From: Paramecium tetraurelia
Lineage: Eukaryota
Assembly (NCBI GenBank): GCA_000165425.1
Contig: CT868241.1
Coordinates: 124,001-188,000 of the forward strand
DNA: 64,000 nucleotides
Direction: 5' to 3'
Of this stretch, positions 1-14,711 are shown one piece after another. The stretch's first letter is position 1, and every line of letters starts with the position of its first letter. Both the position numbers and the translations under genes were made by a program. The notes beneath the pieces were generated by a model that had not been told where the DNA came from, made no database searches, and saw only the letters and a list, made by a program, of their open reading frames with translations.

Positions 1-413
1 TGTATTCATTAATTTGGTTTCTTATAAATAACTTGATATATTTAAGAAATGAGCAGCTCATCTTCAATTTTGTCGATATAATATAAGCTTATTTTTTGCC
101 TTCCAGAAACAGAAATAGATATTAGGACATTATTTTTAGTGACCCTAATAGCCATTTTAAATCTATCTTAAAATGTTTATAACCTTCTTTTAGCTGATTT
201 CATTAATTTTACATTATACTTATTTAGTAATTAAATAAATATAATTTAAAACTAAGTAAGTAATATTCTAAGAACAAAATGATCAAACGAATAAAATCAA
301 AAGTTAACTTGAAAATGGAATATCAGTTTAAAATCTATATATTATTACTCAAAATATAGAAGAATATTGCAGGTAAAATTTAGCAATAATTTCATTGATA
401 AATATCTTTAATT

Positions 414-3400
414 TCAAGAAAATAATTTATTACTAGCAACTTTCACTTTCTCCTGCTTAAACATCTATCTGAAAACATATTGAACTTTAGGATAGAGTTG
501 CTTTGCAAAAACTATTCCAAGGCACGTTATCAAAAAATACATCTAAATAAATCCTAAAGTAACTTTGTTTTCATAGGAAATAGCCATCTGAGTAAAATCA
601 AAATATAAGAATAAGCTTAAACTAAATATTGTCAAGACTCCTTCAATTATTAATAATATAATCCTATCAGATTTGGAGCATAATTTATATTAGTAGGTTA
701 TATAGAATGAGCTTACATTGCTAAAAGAAATTAACAGCAATTACAAAATTTATTCCCTTTAGAACTCTATTAATACAATATGGAAAAACATCGTTCTGGA
801 AATGTCTAAGCCTATGAATTTTATTTATTGAATTGCTTTTATATTTTTCTTATGGTAATCTCCACATACACTAAATAATTTTAATAACAAGCTAATACAC
901 ATCAAAAGTATTGAAATTGCAAAAAATGTAGTTAAAATGCTTCTCAAATTATTTACTCTATTATAATAAATTTGTAAAATCACTTTAAATATCAAATCCC
1001 ATGAATTAATGTAAATAGGTTGTAGCATTTTATTATAATTTTAAAGATACCGTATTTTCATTATTTAGGTGATGCTATTTTTAAAATTAAGTAATAAATT
1101 AGTGATTATTAAAAAAATCTTTGATTAAATAGTTGTTTGATATTCGAGACTTTTCATATATTAACTTAATCTTAAGAATAAAAGAAAAAGGTTTCTGGCA
1201 AAATAAAATAATGGTATCAATGCTAATGCTTAAAGAAGTTGTGGTAAAATATTTGTAAAAAGATCAACTTCTACATGATATTATTAGAATTTTCCACTTA
1301 ATTCAAATTATTTTTCATTTCTTGTTATTAAATTTAAATAATCATCAGCTTCAAAAAGGTTCAAATAAGATGTAAGAGATAGCAACTCCTATGCTTAAAA
1401 ATAAATTTAAAGGTTTTCAGGATAGTCCACATTAATAAATCGTAAGAATGATTAATATTACAAAAGATTCAGTGTTTCAATAACGAAGGAACTTTAACCA
1501 GAAACTAAAGAAACTGCACATATAGTTATTGCTCCAATCATAAATGCTTTGTTGGATGATTAAGCATAATTGGATAACTATTTTTATTCTCCAGATATTA
1601 TTTTTGGGAGTTATAGAATAATTTATTCACTGGGATTAAAAATGGTTTAATTATTTGAGTTAACAACTACTTGGTTCAATTAAACTTAAAGAACAGATTT
1701 TGTAGAAAGCTGTTAGAAAATGTCAATTACAACCTAATACTTTGCATTCGAAAGGTCGAATGAAAGATCTTAAATTGCATTAATAGTAATATTATAATAT
1801 TGGGAATCTAAATCTGTGATGCTAATATTAAATAGTGTTTGGTCTTTTAATATATTGTCCTAAATTTTTACTTCTTAGTCAAATGTAATATCAACATATT
1901 AGAGAGCATATAATTATTTGTTGTAGGTCAGTTACATGATTGCTTTTTTTGAATATACGCATTCATTATCTCGACATACCTTATTATCTTTCCATGAACT
2001 CTATTCTACCTTTGTACTATCAGTACTTGTAATGTTATTTTTAGTTTCTATGATAATTGTAGTATTAGGATTGTTGCCGCTAGTTTCTTCGATAATGCTA
2101 GAATTATTTTATACATTTGATTTATCTAACAAACATTGATAATTATTTAACATATAACTTGTTTGGCATTAAATGCAAACTCTATCTTAGCATACCTGAC
2201 AATTCTTTGAACATTAAAATTTGCATTAATAGCATCCATCATCAGGAATACTATTAAAATCTTCACAATCTTCATTACCTGCAACAATTTCATCTCCGCA
2301 ATATGGTAAACAATCATTACTATGATTATCATAATACAACCCTATTAAATCTTCACATGATTTTGTTACTTCACATATACTTTTTGACAGTACAAGTATA
2401 AAAGGAAGTTCGCATAACATACATTTTCCAAATTAACAATCCAAACACATTTCTTGACATTAATATTTACATTCAAAACAACCATCGTATCTCAATTCAT
2501 TGCCATCATCGCAAACTTCATCACTTGCCAGTATACTATCGCCACAAACAGAGTTACAAGTATTGGTTACAATATCTAAATAGAATCCTTCAATACAATG
2601 AGTACAATCACCATAAGCACAAGATTGGCAATATTGAGGACATTAGTATTTGCAATTTAAACAATTGTCTAACTAGTATTAACTTCCATCATCGCATTCC
2701 TCCTCTTAAACTATTATACCATCTCCACATTTAGGTATACAATTGGTTCCATGATATCCAAATTCACATTCTAAACATTTGGAAAGTACACATGAAATAC
2801 AATGTTTATTGCATCGGTTCATATTATAATCAACAATGCAAGTTTAAGAAATGTAATCTAGATATCCAAATTAACAAAGTAAACATTATTTACCTTCTAA
2901 CAACTTGCAATTTGGTTTCTCATAAATTGTAAGTTATGGTTGAATTGGCTTACATGAATTATTTAATTAATCAAAATCATAATCAAGTTAACAAGATTGA
3001 CATATTCCATTCAAGCAATTTTCACAAAATTGACTGCATTAATATTTACATTAAAAACAACCATCAAAATTAATATAATTTCCGTCATCGCATTCCTCAT
3101 TCCCAACAATAATTAAATCTCCACAAATTGGATCACAAAAGAATGAACCTAAATTCCATCCTTCTTTGCACTCAAAACAAACACCATCAATACAACGTGT
3201 ACAATTAACATCACAAATTTATTCACATTAATTGTTACAACCATCATCATTTAATAAATTTTAATCATCACACTGTTCAATATCTTCTATTATGCCATTT
3301 CCACATTATGGAGTACAACTGAAATCATATTCACAGTCAATTTTTATACAAAGTAAATGTTCATCTAAGAAATAACCACTGCTACATAACTAGCATTCAC

Positions 3401-6400
3401 CTTAAACACAATTAATACAAATTTCTTAACACTTTGAAAAGCAGTTATTCTCAATTAAAGTAAATTCTTATGAACATTCTAAACATTCTCCATTTATACA
3501 TTATATACAATTATCATCGCATTCGTATTTACACTAATAGCAACCATCAGAGTGTTACATATTTTAATCATCGCACTCTTCCCATCCATTAATATATCCA
3601 TCACCACACTAAGATTAGCAAATTAATAACTCTTAATCCAAGTATAAGCCTATTTAACATTATTAGGTTTAAATGCATATATTTTCATAAGGTTCATATT
3701 TTTATGCACATTAAAAGCATTAATTATTATAATATTGAATGCAGCTCTCGGAACTTCTAGAAATACAATCACCTAACTCGTTTAATTTATAATCTTTGAC
3801 ACAAATTAAGCAATCTCTATTCAAATTTAATTAACAGTATGATTAGAAATCAATGACAACTGCTTCATAATAACAAAACCCATCCCTAAGAAAATAATTT
3901 GTTTTACATTCTTAGCATACTCCATTTAAGCAATTTATACATTATTAACTACAAGAATATTTACAATGATGGCAACCATCAAACTCTATAAAATTATTAT
4001 CTTCACAGTCTTCATCATGAGCAATTATTGCATCTCCACATACAGATTCACAAACATTTGTATATTCATTAAGATGATATCCCTGTTTACATTCATAACA
4101 ATAATCTTAAAAATATTTTTCACATTATCTTGGGGTATCAAACATACAACTTAAGCAATTTTTATCAAAAATTTCACATTATTCATCGTGTGCCAGTATA
4201 CCATCGCCACAAAATGATATACAAGAAAAATTTTCATCTAAATAATAGCCTCTTTAACAATTTAGACATTTATTTTCATTACATGCCACACAGTAATCAA
4301 TACAATAACTACAATGTAATTCTGGAGATAATCTAAGATAATATTCACAGAAAGTTAATGGTGCTTCTTTTAACTAGCACTTCGACACAGATTATTCAAA
4401 GTAGGCATATTGTATGCACGAAATACAACTATCCCCAATTTAGATATTACAGTTCTCAATTACAATAGAATTATATTATAGAGATTTAGTACAAATCTGT
4501 TGATTAGGATTTAATTCATATCCATCTTAGCATTGATAACAAATACCAAATTAACACAAAAAGCAATTCAAATTACAAGTAAATTAACAAGATTAGCAAT
4601 TTTCATAAATTTACAATGAAGTTATTATATCACATTGTTCATTTTGTTTTTAAACACCATCTCCACATATAGAGTAGCATTTAGTTTGTATTAGTTGATA
4701 ACCTTCTTAGCAACCGTAACAGGTTCCTTTAAGGCAATAAAGACATGAATCCTAGCAACTATATTAACAGAAATGACATCCATCGGCAATAATTAAATTG
4801 CCGTCATCACATTCTTCATCTTCAGTTACTATTTTATCTCCACAGATTGAATAACATAAATAATCAACTTGCTTATAACCAGTTTTGCATGTTTAACAGC
4901 CAAGTCCAGTATTAGCACAAGTGACGCAAGACTTTTGACATTTGTTTAAACAATTTTAGCAACCTTTATATGGTAGTATCGATGATATCTCACATTATTC
5001 GCCTTCTACAATCAACGAGTCGCCACAAATTGGTATACATATTTTTTAATTTGATATATAATATCCAACAGCACATATTTAACATCTATTACTTACGCAG
5101 CTAGTGCAAATAGATGACTTTTAACACTAAAATTCACAAGTATCACTACAACCATCTCCATTAGTAGTATTGCCATCATCACATTGCTCTGTATAGTACC
5201 CAGAAGGATCTAGTGCGATTATGCCATCTCCACATATATTTTAACAATAGTAGGAAATAGGAAATAGCCCAGGTGGACCACAACTTAAGCATTTTTTGGT
5301 TGTATAATCACAAGAAGAACAACCAATTCTACAGTAATACTTACAATCTTTGCACCCATCTGTATCATAAGAGTTTCCATCATCACATTATTCACTTCCA
5401 ATTACTAACTAATCTCCACAAGTCTCCTTACATTTCCAAGGAGTAACTGTTAGATCAATTTGCCAGCCACCAGTAGCACACTCAAAACATTGTCCTTTTA
5501 TGCACTATGTACATTAAAGTTCACATTAATATTTACAATTAAAACACCCATCATACTAAGTAATATTTCCATCTTCACATTCTTCAGTTCCAGAAATAAT
5601 TCCATCTCCACAAATATCAGGACAAGGAAAGATCGTTGATTAATCACAAGTTAAACAATGCGCTGGACATTAAAATTAGCAATTATAGCATAAATCATTA
5701 AGGAGTGTATTATTATCTTCACATTATTCATATCCTTTTACTTATAAATCTCCACAAATAGGTTGACATTCTCCAGATATTAATTAAAATCCAGTATCGC
5801 AAGTACTACAAGTAATAGTATGCCATATCAATTAATTATTATTGCAAAGTTTATAGCATTAGCTAAAAGATAAATCTTCTGTATTTGGACAATCTACAAT
5901 ATCATTATTAAATATACTTGTACAAAAATTGTTTAATTCATAATAACCAGGTGAACAAACACATTTTAACCCTTTTAATATTCTATTTTAACTTGGATTG
6001 CAGGTTAAACAACCATCAATGGCAATTCTAAAGCAAGTTAAGCACGATGAATGACAAGAAGAACAAGTTTTTGTTGCATACTAATAAGATTTCCCTGCTG
6101 AACATCTACAAGTTGATCCTACTTTTTCAATACTAACCAAATTATTGCATGTTAAACATTCATCAGAAGTTGGTCCAAAACAAGTTTTACAAAATTAATG
6201 GCATAGCTAACATTAAGGATTAGATGCAATATGATAATATCCATCAATGCAATTGCATTACCCATTTGATAATTATCTATTATTAGTAATTAAACATTCT
6301 ATACAATAAGTAGAAGTTAAACATTAATTACATACTATTGGACAATCAAAACATTAATTTGAATCTTCGTACTGATTCATTTTGCAAGTACATCCTAATT

Positions 6401-8559
6401 TAGATTAGGTATAGCTTGATTTGCATGTTTAACAATCTAATTTAGATGTGCATGTTAAGCATGAATATGGACATTCTTTACATCCTACTGATTCTTCATC
6501 ATAATATTGGTTAATCAAACAATCTGCTTAAGAAAATTTAATTATATTAGAATCATAAGTGCTATTCCATGAAGTACATGTAGATTAATCCGAACATTAT
6601 AAACATTAAGGTTAGCAATTATGAACGGCAACATAATAATTATAGAGTCCACAATATGCCTCTATTGGTTCATTATTCGGTCCAAAGCATTCCCAAGTGA
6701 TTGTTAATGTATTTGTATTATGATTGATTTTTTCATATACTCTGTCGTATTTTGAGCCATCAGAAGTAGATTCAGAATTACTTGAACTTTACATAGAAAC
6801 AGGTGTATTATTCTCAATTTGATATATAAAACTCCCATCTGATGGGAATGACGGTCCATAAACAATGTAAAATGCAATAGTAACACTATGATGCGGGGTT
6901 ATTATATTATGAATCCTTTAGAATTTAGCCTAAGCCCATACAAAAGGTCCTCCAAGGACTCTATAATTATACCAATATGAAAAATAGATATCCTATCCTT
7001 TCAAAAAATTTGTTCCATTTTGAGAAATTAAAGTATACTTTGCATATTATTCAGGGTCTCCAGTCCGATCTAAATATTCCTTAATCAAATATGTGGAGTC
7101 TAAAATTTATTTATATAATACAAGGTGTTTCATCATCGTAATCATAACAATAAGAGCCCTATTTACTTTAATATGGATATGAGCAATAAGATAAACAAGT
7201 ACCATCTCGATAAAAATAATAATCATTTTAACAAATTTTACATTTAAATGATACTTCGCACAATTTACAATAATTAGGACAATATCCTTAAGAAAATATG
7301 ATTTATCTAACTCCCCATCCTGCTGTGTCAATACTAATTGAATAAATTAATATTTACGTGTAATTTCCAACGACTGAAAATATAAATGAATATTTAGGAA
7401 TGTCAACATATGTAGTAATTTCATATATTTTAATCTCTGAATACGAAAGGTATGATTCAGAAGAAGTAATCTTAAATATTTTGACTTTATGGGTTTGAAT
7501 TCCAGATGCATTCCTATAAATAGATCCGTAATAAGTATTATTAAACTTAAACTATATTCCACAATTAAGTGGAATATCATTAAAAGTTATGATTCTAATA
7601 TTCAGTCCAACCAAATAAGTAGAATAAGAATAAAAAGCCAAACCTTAAATATATCTATAAATGCCAGAATTAAATTTAAATACTCCAATCGTACCATCAG
7701 TTAGTGTTATAGATGTATCTACATGTTGAGGGTCATATATAATCTACTATGTGGAGACCTAAAAACCAAAATTTATATAGCTTATTGTTGAAACTAAGAA
7801 ATATTAATTAAAAATACTTGGATAAGATTAACAAAATCCATTCTTAAATAATGGATTGTAAAAATCACAAATATCATGACATCCCACATACATCATATAG
7901 AATTAATCTGATGGGCAAGGTGGGCAAATGTAATTTGTAGGTAATCCATAATAACAACTTGTACATTAATTATCATTTGGACCTGAACACATTAAACATG
8001 AAGGATAACATTTTTTTGGTTTAGAGAAATAGGTATTTCTGACTGACACTTTTCCTTAATTTGTATTAAAAGATTTAATCTAAAATTAATCTTAAGTACT
8101 AGTTTCTGTGTAACTAAAAGTAAAATTCCAAGTTCTAACTTCATAAGAAGTGCTATCACAAAATTGAGTTGTCAATGGGTAAGTTGTGGGGGAAGTGTAG
8201 GTATACGATTATGAAAATGTTCCAAGGGTAAATTAAACATTTTCAGATGACCAATTACCCTGAAAAAATAAATCCATAGATATCCAATATTTATAATTTA
8301 AGCTTAAAGCATTATAACATTAAGCATCTGGATATTAATTACTTAAAGTAATATAGCTTGTGTAAGGGGTTGTACAAGTGATAAAATTTGCGGTAGTTTA
8401 GCCTGAAGGTAATACAAATCCTCCAGAATAATAATGTGCCAAAGACCCAGTCCTTTGAGTAAATATCTAATCTTAATATAACTTACAAGTATAAAACTCC
8501 CATTATGAATTTGAAAAAACAAACTAGCCAAATATTATAGAAATAGTTGATATAAACAT
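414..8559 (-). CDS. Giant (~2,700 aa) cysteine-rich surface/membrane protein with furin-like repeats, about 15 CGDG/CDDGN (DUF4215-like) repeats and a multi-TM C-terminus
   Basis: Ciliate-code translation: hydrophobic N-terminus MFISTISIIFGQFVFS, repeated 'CGDGII...EECDDGN...DGC' units at 2250-5760, hydrophobic helices at 450-1550, ends VASNKLFS-TGA. A 22-nt intron near 7100-7121 reconciles the N- and C-terminal frames; not every codon was checked. Confidence 0.85.
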
Positions 8560-8939
8560 AAAATAAAATATAGAGAAACGAAAAAAATCCTTTATTTATA
8601 AATGTAAAATTTATAATTCAAATAAATAGAAAATATTATCATGATAAATACTATTAGTTTATAATCATGAGCACTTAGGTATGCAAAACAAATAAAGAAA
8701 TATAATGTTGAAAAATAATTAGATAAAACCTTAAGCTTATATTATAAAAGGATTTTTTAATTTTAAGTATTATTCAAAGGATTAGATATAAGAATTATTA
8801 CTTTCATTTTTGAATAATCATCAATGATAATATATTACAAGAAAAAGTAAGCAATGTTGATAGTGTTTTAATTCCATAAATTTTATATGGGTTTAGGCAT
8901 GCACAAGATCAGATACCGTTCCTTGTTAAGGTAAATCAT

Positions 8940-9274
8940 AACTAGTTGAAAACATGAAAATATCTGCGATTTCCTAAGATAGATTAATCAACATACCTCC
9001 TATATTTGACGACCATTTTCCACCAAGTAAATGAATTTTGATCCTGTGAGCTCTTTAAAGATCACAATCTTTTCAAAGCCTTTAGAATGCAAGTAAAGAC
9101 AATCATTTAGCTCTGGAGTGGTGTCATAGAATTCTTTTCTTAAAAGCTTTTTCAGGTATTCGTTAATAATTCTACTCTCCTCCTGCTACATTATTTAATT
9201 ATACCGTAAGATTATATCTTTTTAGTAAAATGATTCATTTTATTATTCCATATTTGATCTTCCCATAGACTCAT
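8940..9274 (-). pseudogene. DNAAF1: Decayed fragment of dynein assembly factor DNAAF1/ODA7/LRRC50
   Basis: Segment EYLKKLLRKEFYDTTPELNDCLYLHSKGFEKIVIFKELTGSKFIYLVENG resembles the DNAAF1 'TPxLNDxLYLHxKGFxxIENLxxxTGL' signature, then hits TGA; the LRR array is lost. Confidence 0.7.
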
Positions 9275-9278
9275 TGTA

Positions 9279-10423
9279 ATGATATTGTAAGACTTCTGTG
9301 TATAAGGCTTTAACTAAACTAATAAATACTGAAAAGAAAAAAAATCGAGTGAATATTCCTATAAGTAGTATTGATAAAAATAGTTTATATTTGTAGATCA
9401 GGCATTTGATTTTGAAATATAAGAAATTATCTTCTTAGAAATAGAGCGCAAGAAAATCAGAATAGATGAGCACAAGAGATTCGTTTGAGAGAATTTCAAT
9501 CAAGATCACACAATTAATGGGAAGAAGCCAATCCTGAAGAACATAAATAACAATAAGGTCAAAGAATGGAGCTATTTCGAATATCATGGAGTTCGTTTCC
9601 TTCATTTTATAAGAGACACAATGTTGGTTTGATTTACATTGGGAAATTGGTGTACCCTAGCAGAAGAAGATTCTTGCAAATATTGGGCATCTAGATTCAA
9701 TCTCCCTATGAGAATAAGAAAATTTATATGAAGAATTTTGAATCGTTTATGCAGAAAAAATTTGAATGGTTTATTAGGCTGATTTCACAAATTAAAGGAA
9801 TATTTGGAATTAGCGGTTATCAAGATTGAATAAATCTGATTAATAAAAAAGCAGGATAATTTAGAAAGATTTCAAGGGGAATTGCTTTATGGGTATGCTT
9901 TGGTGGATGGCTGTAAGGAAAGAGTCGGCAATTACGCGCTGGAGTAACCCACTTTATTTAAGGGATGTGCAGAACATCTAAAGGTTGGATTGTTGAAACC
10001 ATGGATATTTCCAGAAGAATTAACAATGAATCTAAGTACATAGGCTCCAGTGAAATAATTTAAATTACTTGGTCATTCTTGGGCAAGATAGTACATAGAA
10101 AGGATATATCTTAGCTGTTTTCTTATGAGGATTTCAGTATCAAATAGGACAATCACAAATATATTAAATTAGCTCCCAATTCAAGATTTAAGTAGATGGA
10201 TGATAAGAGGAAGTATAATAAGAAGTTGACTTAATTCAATATTAATTTAAATTAATAATAGCCTACTATAAATTTTATCATTTCACTCTATGATTGAAGT
10301 AAAACCTGTGTATTCTTATGCTGATTATGAAATTTTATTAACCAAGAGATGGTGAATTTATATAAAGTTCTTATAAAAAATATTATAGATATCTAAGAAA
10401 ATCATTAATCAAGAAAAACAATG
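9279..10423 (+). pseudogene. TOP1: Frameshifted, truncated DNA topoisomerase IB pseudogene
   Basis: Blocks KEWSYFEYHGVRF, YGYALVDGCKERVGNYALEQPTLFKGCAEHLKVGLLK...GHSW and KYIKLAPNSRFK..DDKRKY follow TOP1 core order but lie in different frames without introns; no recognisable catalytic-Tyr C-terminus. Confidence 0.8.
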
Positions 10424-10434
10424 AACAATCGTAA

Positions 10435-12599
10435 TCAATAATCTTTAGAATTTTTTTAAAATGACTAAGTCTTAGAGATATTTTATTTTGGGGGCACCTT
10501 AGGTAGTTGAACGCAAGTGCTTTTTGTTTAAGGTTTAGAAAACAAAATTTATTATTTTTTTAAAGTTGGAGTTTACGAAGAAACTTTGCTTGTTGGGGTG
10601 TGTAATCTTGCGGTAGCGTTATTTTTTGTGGGAGTTTTGAGTCTTATTTAATGTTTAGGTTAGAAGGTTTCCACATTTTCTTTCAAATTATTGGCATGGT
10701 CTTATTTAATTATGGTTTCAGGATGATGAAAATGAATTTGTTAAAGTTTTTGATTTATTTCTTTTGCCAACTAAGTAATAAATATTATAGAATACTTATT
10801 AAACTATGATCTTCTTATCATTTAGAAATTGTTGAAAAGTTTATTACAATTTAATGACTAAGTCTTTTTCTTCATTCCAGAAGAGCAATCTCATTTCATA
10901 AATTAATTGTACAAACTTCATTCTAACCAAATAAACTGGATCATTTTGTAATGATAAGACCTAAATTAAATTGCAATGTTTGAAAAAGTTTCTGCTTCTT
11001 TTTCGACAAATTTAGATACAAAAGTCAATGAATAATACTCTATATGAATAATTAGTGTGAGTCAGATATTATAGAAAATGAGGTACAACTTTATCATAAT
11101 TTTCTATTATTTAATCTATCAAATATGCACAGATTTTTTTCCTAATGTGTTAAGATCCCATTGATAGGTATGAGAAACATAGAGAATTCAATTCAGATTT
11201 GAGGTTTAAGTTAATAGCCAGACATTCCAAAATATTGAGAGTCTCTTCAACTTCATACCAAAGACCTTTCTATTCATAATGAAAAATAGACTTTTTTAAA
11301 AAGTCAAAGGTTCTTTGCAATTGAACAGCTAACTGTCTGTTTTTGATTCTGTTCCCCTTATTGATGATATCAAGGAGATAAGGTATGAATAAAATCTAAT
11401 TCAACTCTAAATTGCCAAATACTAAACCGAGAAGTTATTGATGTGTTTATTCACTTAATTAAGTGTATACGTCTGAGAGATGTTTAAGAAAACTAAACTC
11501 TTTACTGGTATCAATTAGATTAGATACCTAATTGATTAGAAAGTCATCATATTGTTATCGAATCTTTGAGTCAAATTAATAGACATATTGATAGTACTCC
11601 TTAATTAGTTCAATTTGAATAGGTTGAGGTCTTATGTAATCCATGAATGCCTATTAAATGGGTTCTGTTTTAATGGTTGAAATGCATTAAGCTACTAAAG
11701 TGATGATTTTGGGATCATCTTCTATGAACTGTATTATCTGTTGGAGAGTGTCTTAGAATTTGATATGACCCTCATAACCTTATTCTTCCATCTTCAACCA
11801 AGAATTGAGAAATAGTCTACACCCACTCAATCTAACTTATTTATCGAAGTCTGAGATCAACGATATGGTATTCTTCAGCCATTCCTCCTCTTTAATTAGT
11901 ATCATAAGTAATTTATCATTATTGAGTATGACTTGGTCGATTATTCTGCACATGCGCTCATTCTTTCTCCCGATGCATTATTTTACATGCTTCAATGATT
12001 GGACTTGTTAAGGACTAGTCATAACAGGGTAGAGCATTTAAATAACTTTTAATGCTTCATACCTGACACTATCTTCATTTAAAATAAGTAGATAGGGTTG
12101 GAAATCGAATTCCATAAATTTGGATAGAGTTTGCATTAGCTCGCATACTTAATCACAAAATGGGGTATTATAATAGTTAAAACATAACTCCTAGAGTTAC
12201 TTCAAAAATTATTCTCTAATTTTGCTTAACACATTTTCCTACTATAAATTCTCATAAGTACTTTGAGTAAGGTGATGAGTACACTTAGAGCCTTGATCAA
12301 TTCCTTGATCACTTATGAGTCCTCACTTTTAAGCTTATTCTAAAATTAATGGGAATGGAGATTTACAATCATCAATGCGACAAGTTCTGGAACATAAAAA
12401 TCAAGCTCAGTAGCTTTGTGAATATTTTGACAAACAAAAAGCTTTTAAAATGTTTATCCATTATTCAACAAACAGATTGCCTTGTCTATAAAATTATTAT
12501 ATTCAGGAGTGCATAGTTTTTCAATTTCTTCATTACTTTTGACTTAAATACAGAGTGAAATGTACTTGAATTAGTGCATCTCTCATTGATAGAATCCAT
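10435..12599 (-). CDS. HEAT/ARM-repeat protein, protein phosphatase 4 regulatory subunit 4-like
   Basis: N-terminus KSNEEIEKLCTPEYNNFIDKAICLLNNGQTFQK resembles the PPP4R4 N-terminus (from memory); helical repeats, several short introns, ends NSKDY-TGA. Confidence 0.65.
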
Positions 12600-12634
12600 T
12601 AATTTATTAATTAATTATAACGAATACAAGAAGC

Positions 12635-14672
12635 ATGACTCTTTTTTCTGAGTTTCTCATTATTGGATATTAGGCAGAAGAGTATAAGAACACTGAAATC
12701 ATGGAGTACTTCCATATTAATGGATCAACTCTTCCAGATTACCTTAGAAATGTGAGCATTGTAATATTTGGTTTGAATGGCATAATAGATGTGCTTCACC
12801 AGTGGTTTTGATGCCAAATAGGAACAGGAATAGTAAAAGAAATAGGATGACATAAATAGCAAGAATTATTTGCATTAGTTTGTGATTACAGATCAGAGTG
12901 GCAAATTGCGATACTGCACCTCTCTTGTAGTATTTGAGAGTTTGAAGAGCGACTTCTATATCCCTTTTGCCTACGTGATAGTTTCCGAACAATCTAACTT
13001 GATTAGATAGAAATCCTACATGAGAGCAATGTACAATGCCATTTTTGACAGAGTCACAGTATTCATTAGTTTAATTATTTGCAGAGATATAGAGATCGAG
13101 GATGGTAAATGGGATCCTAGATATTATTTAATCAATAATTATTCGAATTCTATTTGTCAGTCGGAATCACCAACTTAAATGGATTATATTTTGTACCTAA
13201 ACAAATTATGAGGACAAGGTAAGAAGTAATAACAGATCTAATGATCAACAATCCAAGCCATAAAAATAATCTGTACAATAAAGATATCAGTTTCAATGTT
13301 TTATTTTCCAAATTATCAATCAAAAGCATAATTAAAGTTGTGCAATCAATAATTCTTGAAAAACAAATCATTTTATTCACTACTTAAGTTTGGGACTTAG
13401 CAAATATTGTTGAGGCATTCCTTCAATTTATTTACCCTCTCTAATGGAGATGCATTTACATACCTTATCTACCAGCAGAAATCCTTGATACTCTTTATGT
13501 CTCTGTTCCTTATATTATTGGTGTTCATTGTAATCTTAAGGAGAGAGTATTAACTCAATATGATTGTCTTGATAAGATTCTGGTCGATTTAGATTAAGAC
13601 AGGGTCATCGGATGCAATTTAGTATAAAGAGACATTATCATATTATTAGATACTACCCTTTCCAGAACAACTTGTGGAAACCCTCACAAATTAGAGTTCT
13701 AAATTTTAATATTCTGATGATGTAATGTAAACGTTTGTTAGTAGTCCGAATTGTTATAAGTTTAGTGTTGCTTCCTTAAATTCCAATTGTAGCTTATCAA
13801 CAACATTGTACCCTACTTTATATACTCTGACACCCTCCAATTGAAGCCGAAGATCGAAGACATTTTTGATAAGGATCTTTACATAGAATAATTTACACCC
13901 TTGGATCAAGAATTTTATAGGGAATTCGTGAATAAAACTATGGTATTTACAATTTTATTGAAGTTTGTAGATGTTCCCACGTTTTATTGAAGAATCCTAT
14001 TAGTATCTACATTAAAAGCAATTCTTGAAACTAAACATAAAGACAAATATTTTCATAGACTTACTCTTATTGATCAATACTTCAGGGTATTTCAATATTT
14101 ATAAATTACAAAATAAAGACTTTGAAGCTGGGTTATTTAACCTAATAAATGAATCCAAAGTCTTAATTCCAGATTCAGAGAAATCCATTCATACACTCTT
14201 CCCTTAATATCAAAAACAAACAAATGAGTATCTAATTCCCTAGAAAAAGTTCCCTATTCTTCAAATTGACAAATCTAAAATTATATAAATTGATCCTATT
14301 CAAAGTAACATTCATCATAACTCATTTATGCAGAGAAGCACTTAATCATAAAAAACTGATGTCTGTAATGAAAATAAATAAGTCATCAATATACTTACTA
14401 TTAAAGCACACCAAATTAATCCAATTTCTAAATCACTAATACAAAATGACGTTGCTGCCTAGATTATTTTTAGATACCCAAAAAAATCTTTGTCAAAACT
14501 AAAAAAGACTTTGGCTGCCCAATTATTAAAATTGGCCCCAGATGTCAATTCAGAACAGAAACCTATTCAAACATCCCAAATTGTGAATTTCAGATAGAGC
14601 AAACGTATATTTAATACTGAAGAAATGGGTTATGTAAGTATGTATAGGACAAAAACTTAGAATATATTCTGA
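12635..14672 (+). CDS. DENN-domain protein (putative Rab GEF)
   Basis: MTLFSEFLIIGY (uDENN) and LEKQIILF...FIYPLQWRCIYIPYLPAEILDTLYVSVPYIIGV (cDENN core). Confidence 0.85.
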
Positions 14673-14711
14673 AATACTTGAAATATTATATATTATCAAT
14701 ATTATTATTAA

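Noticed and set aside
6..203. 65-aa minus-strand ORF MKSAKRRL...
   Set aside because: Short, with no recognisable motif; with only one stop codon such ORFs arise by chance.
2250..5760. Regularly spaced repeats that could suggest an array or CRISPR
   Set aside because: They are degenerate at DNA level and conserved only as protein CGDG/CDDGN repeats in one CDS.
7835..7857. Inverted repeat AATCCATT...AATGGATT
   Set aside because: It is an 8-bp stem in AT-rich coding sequence with the frame intact; no sign of an element or IES.
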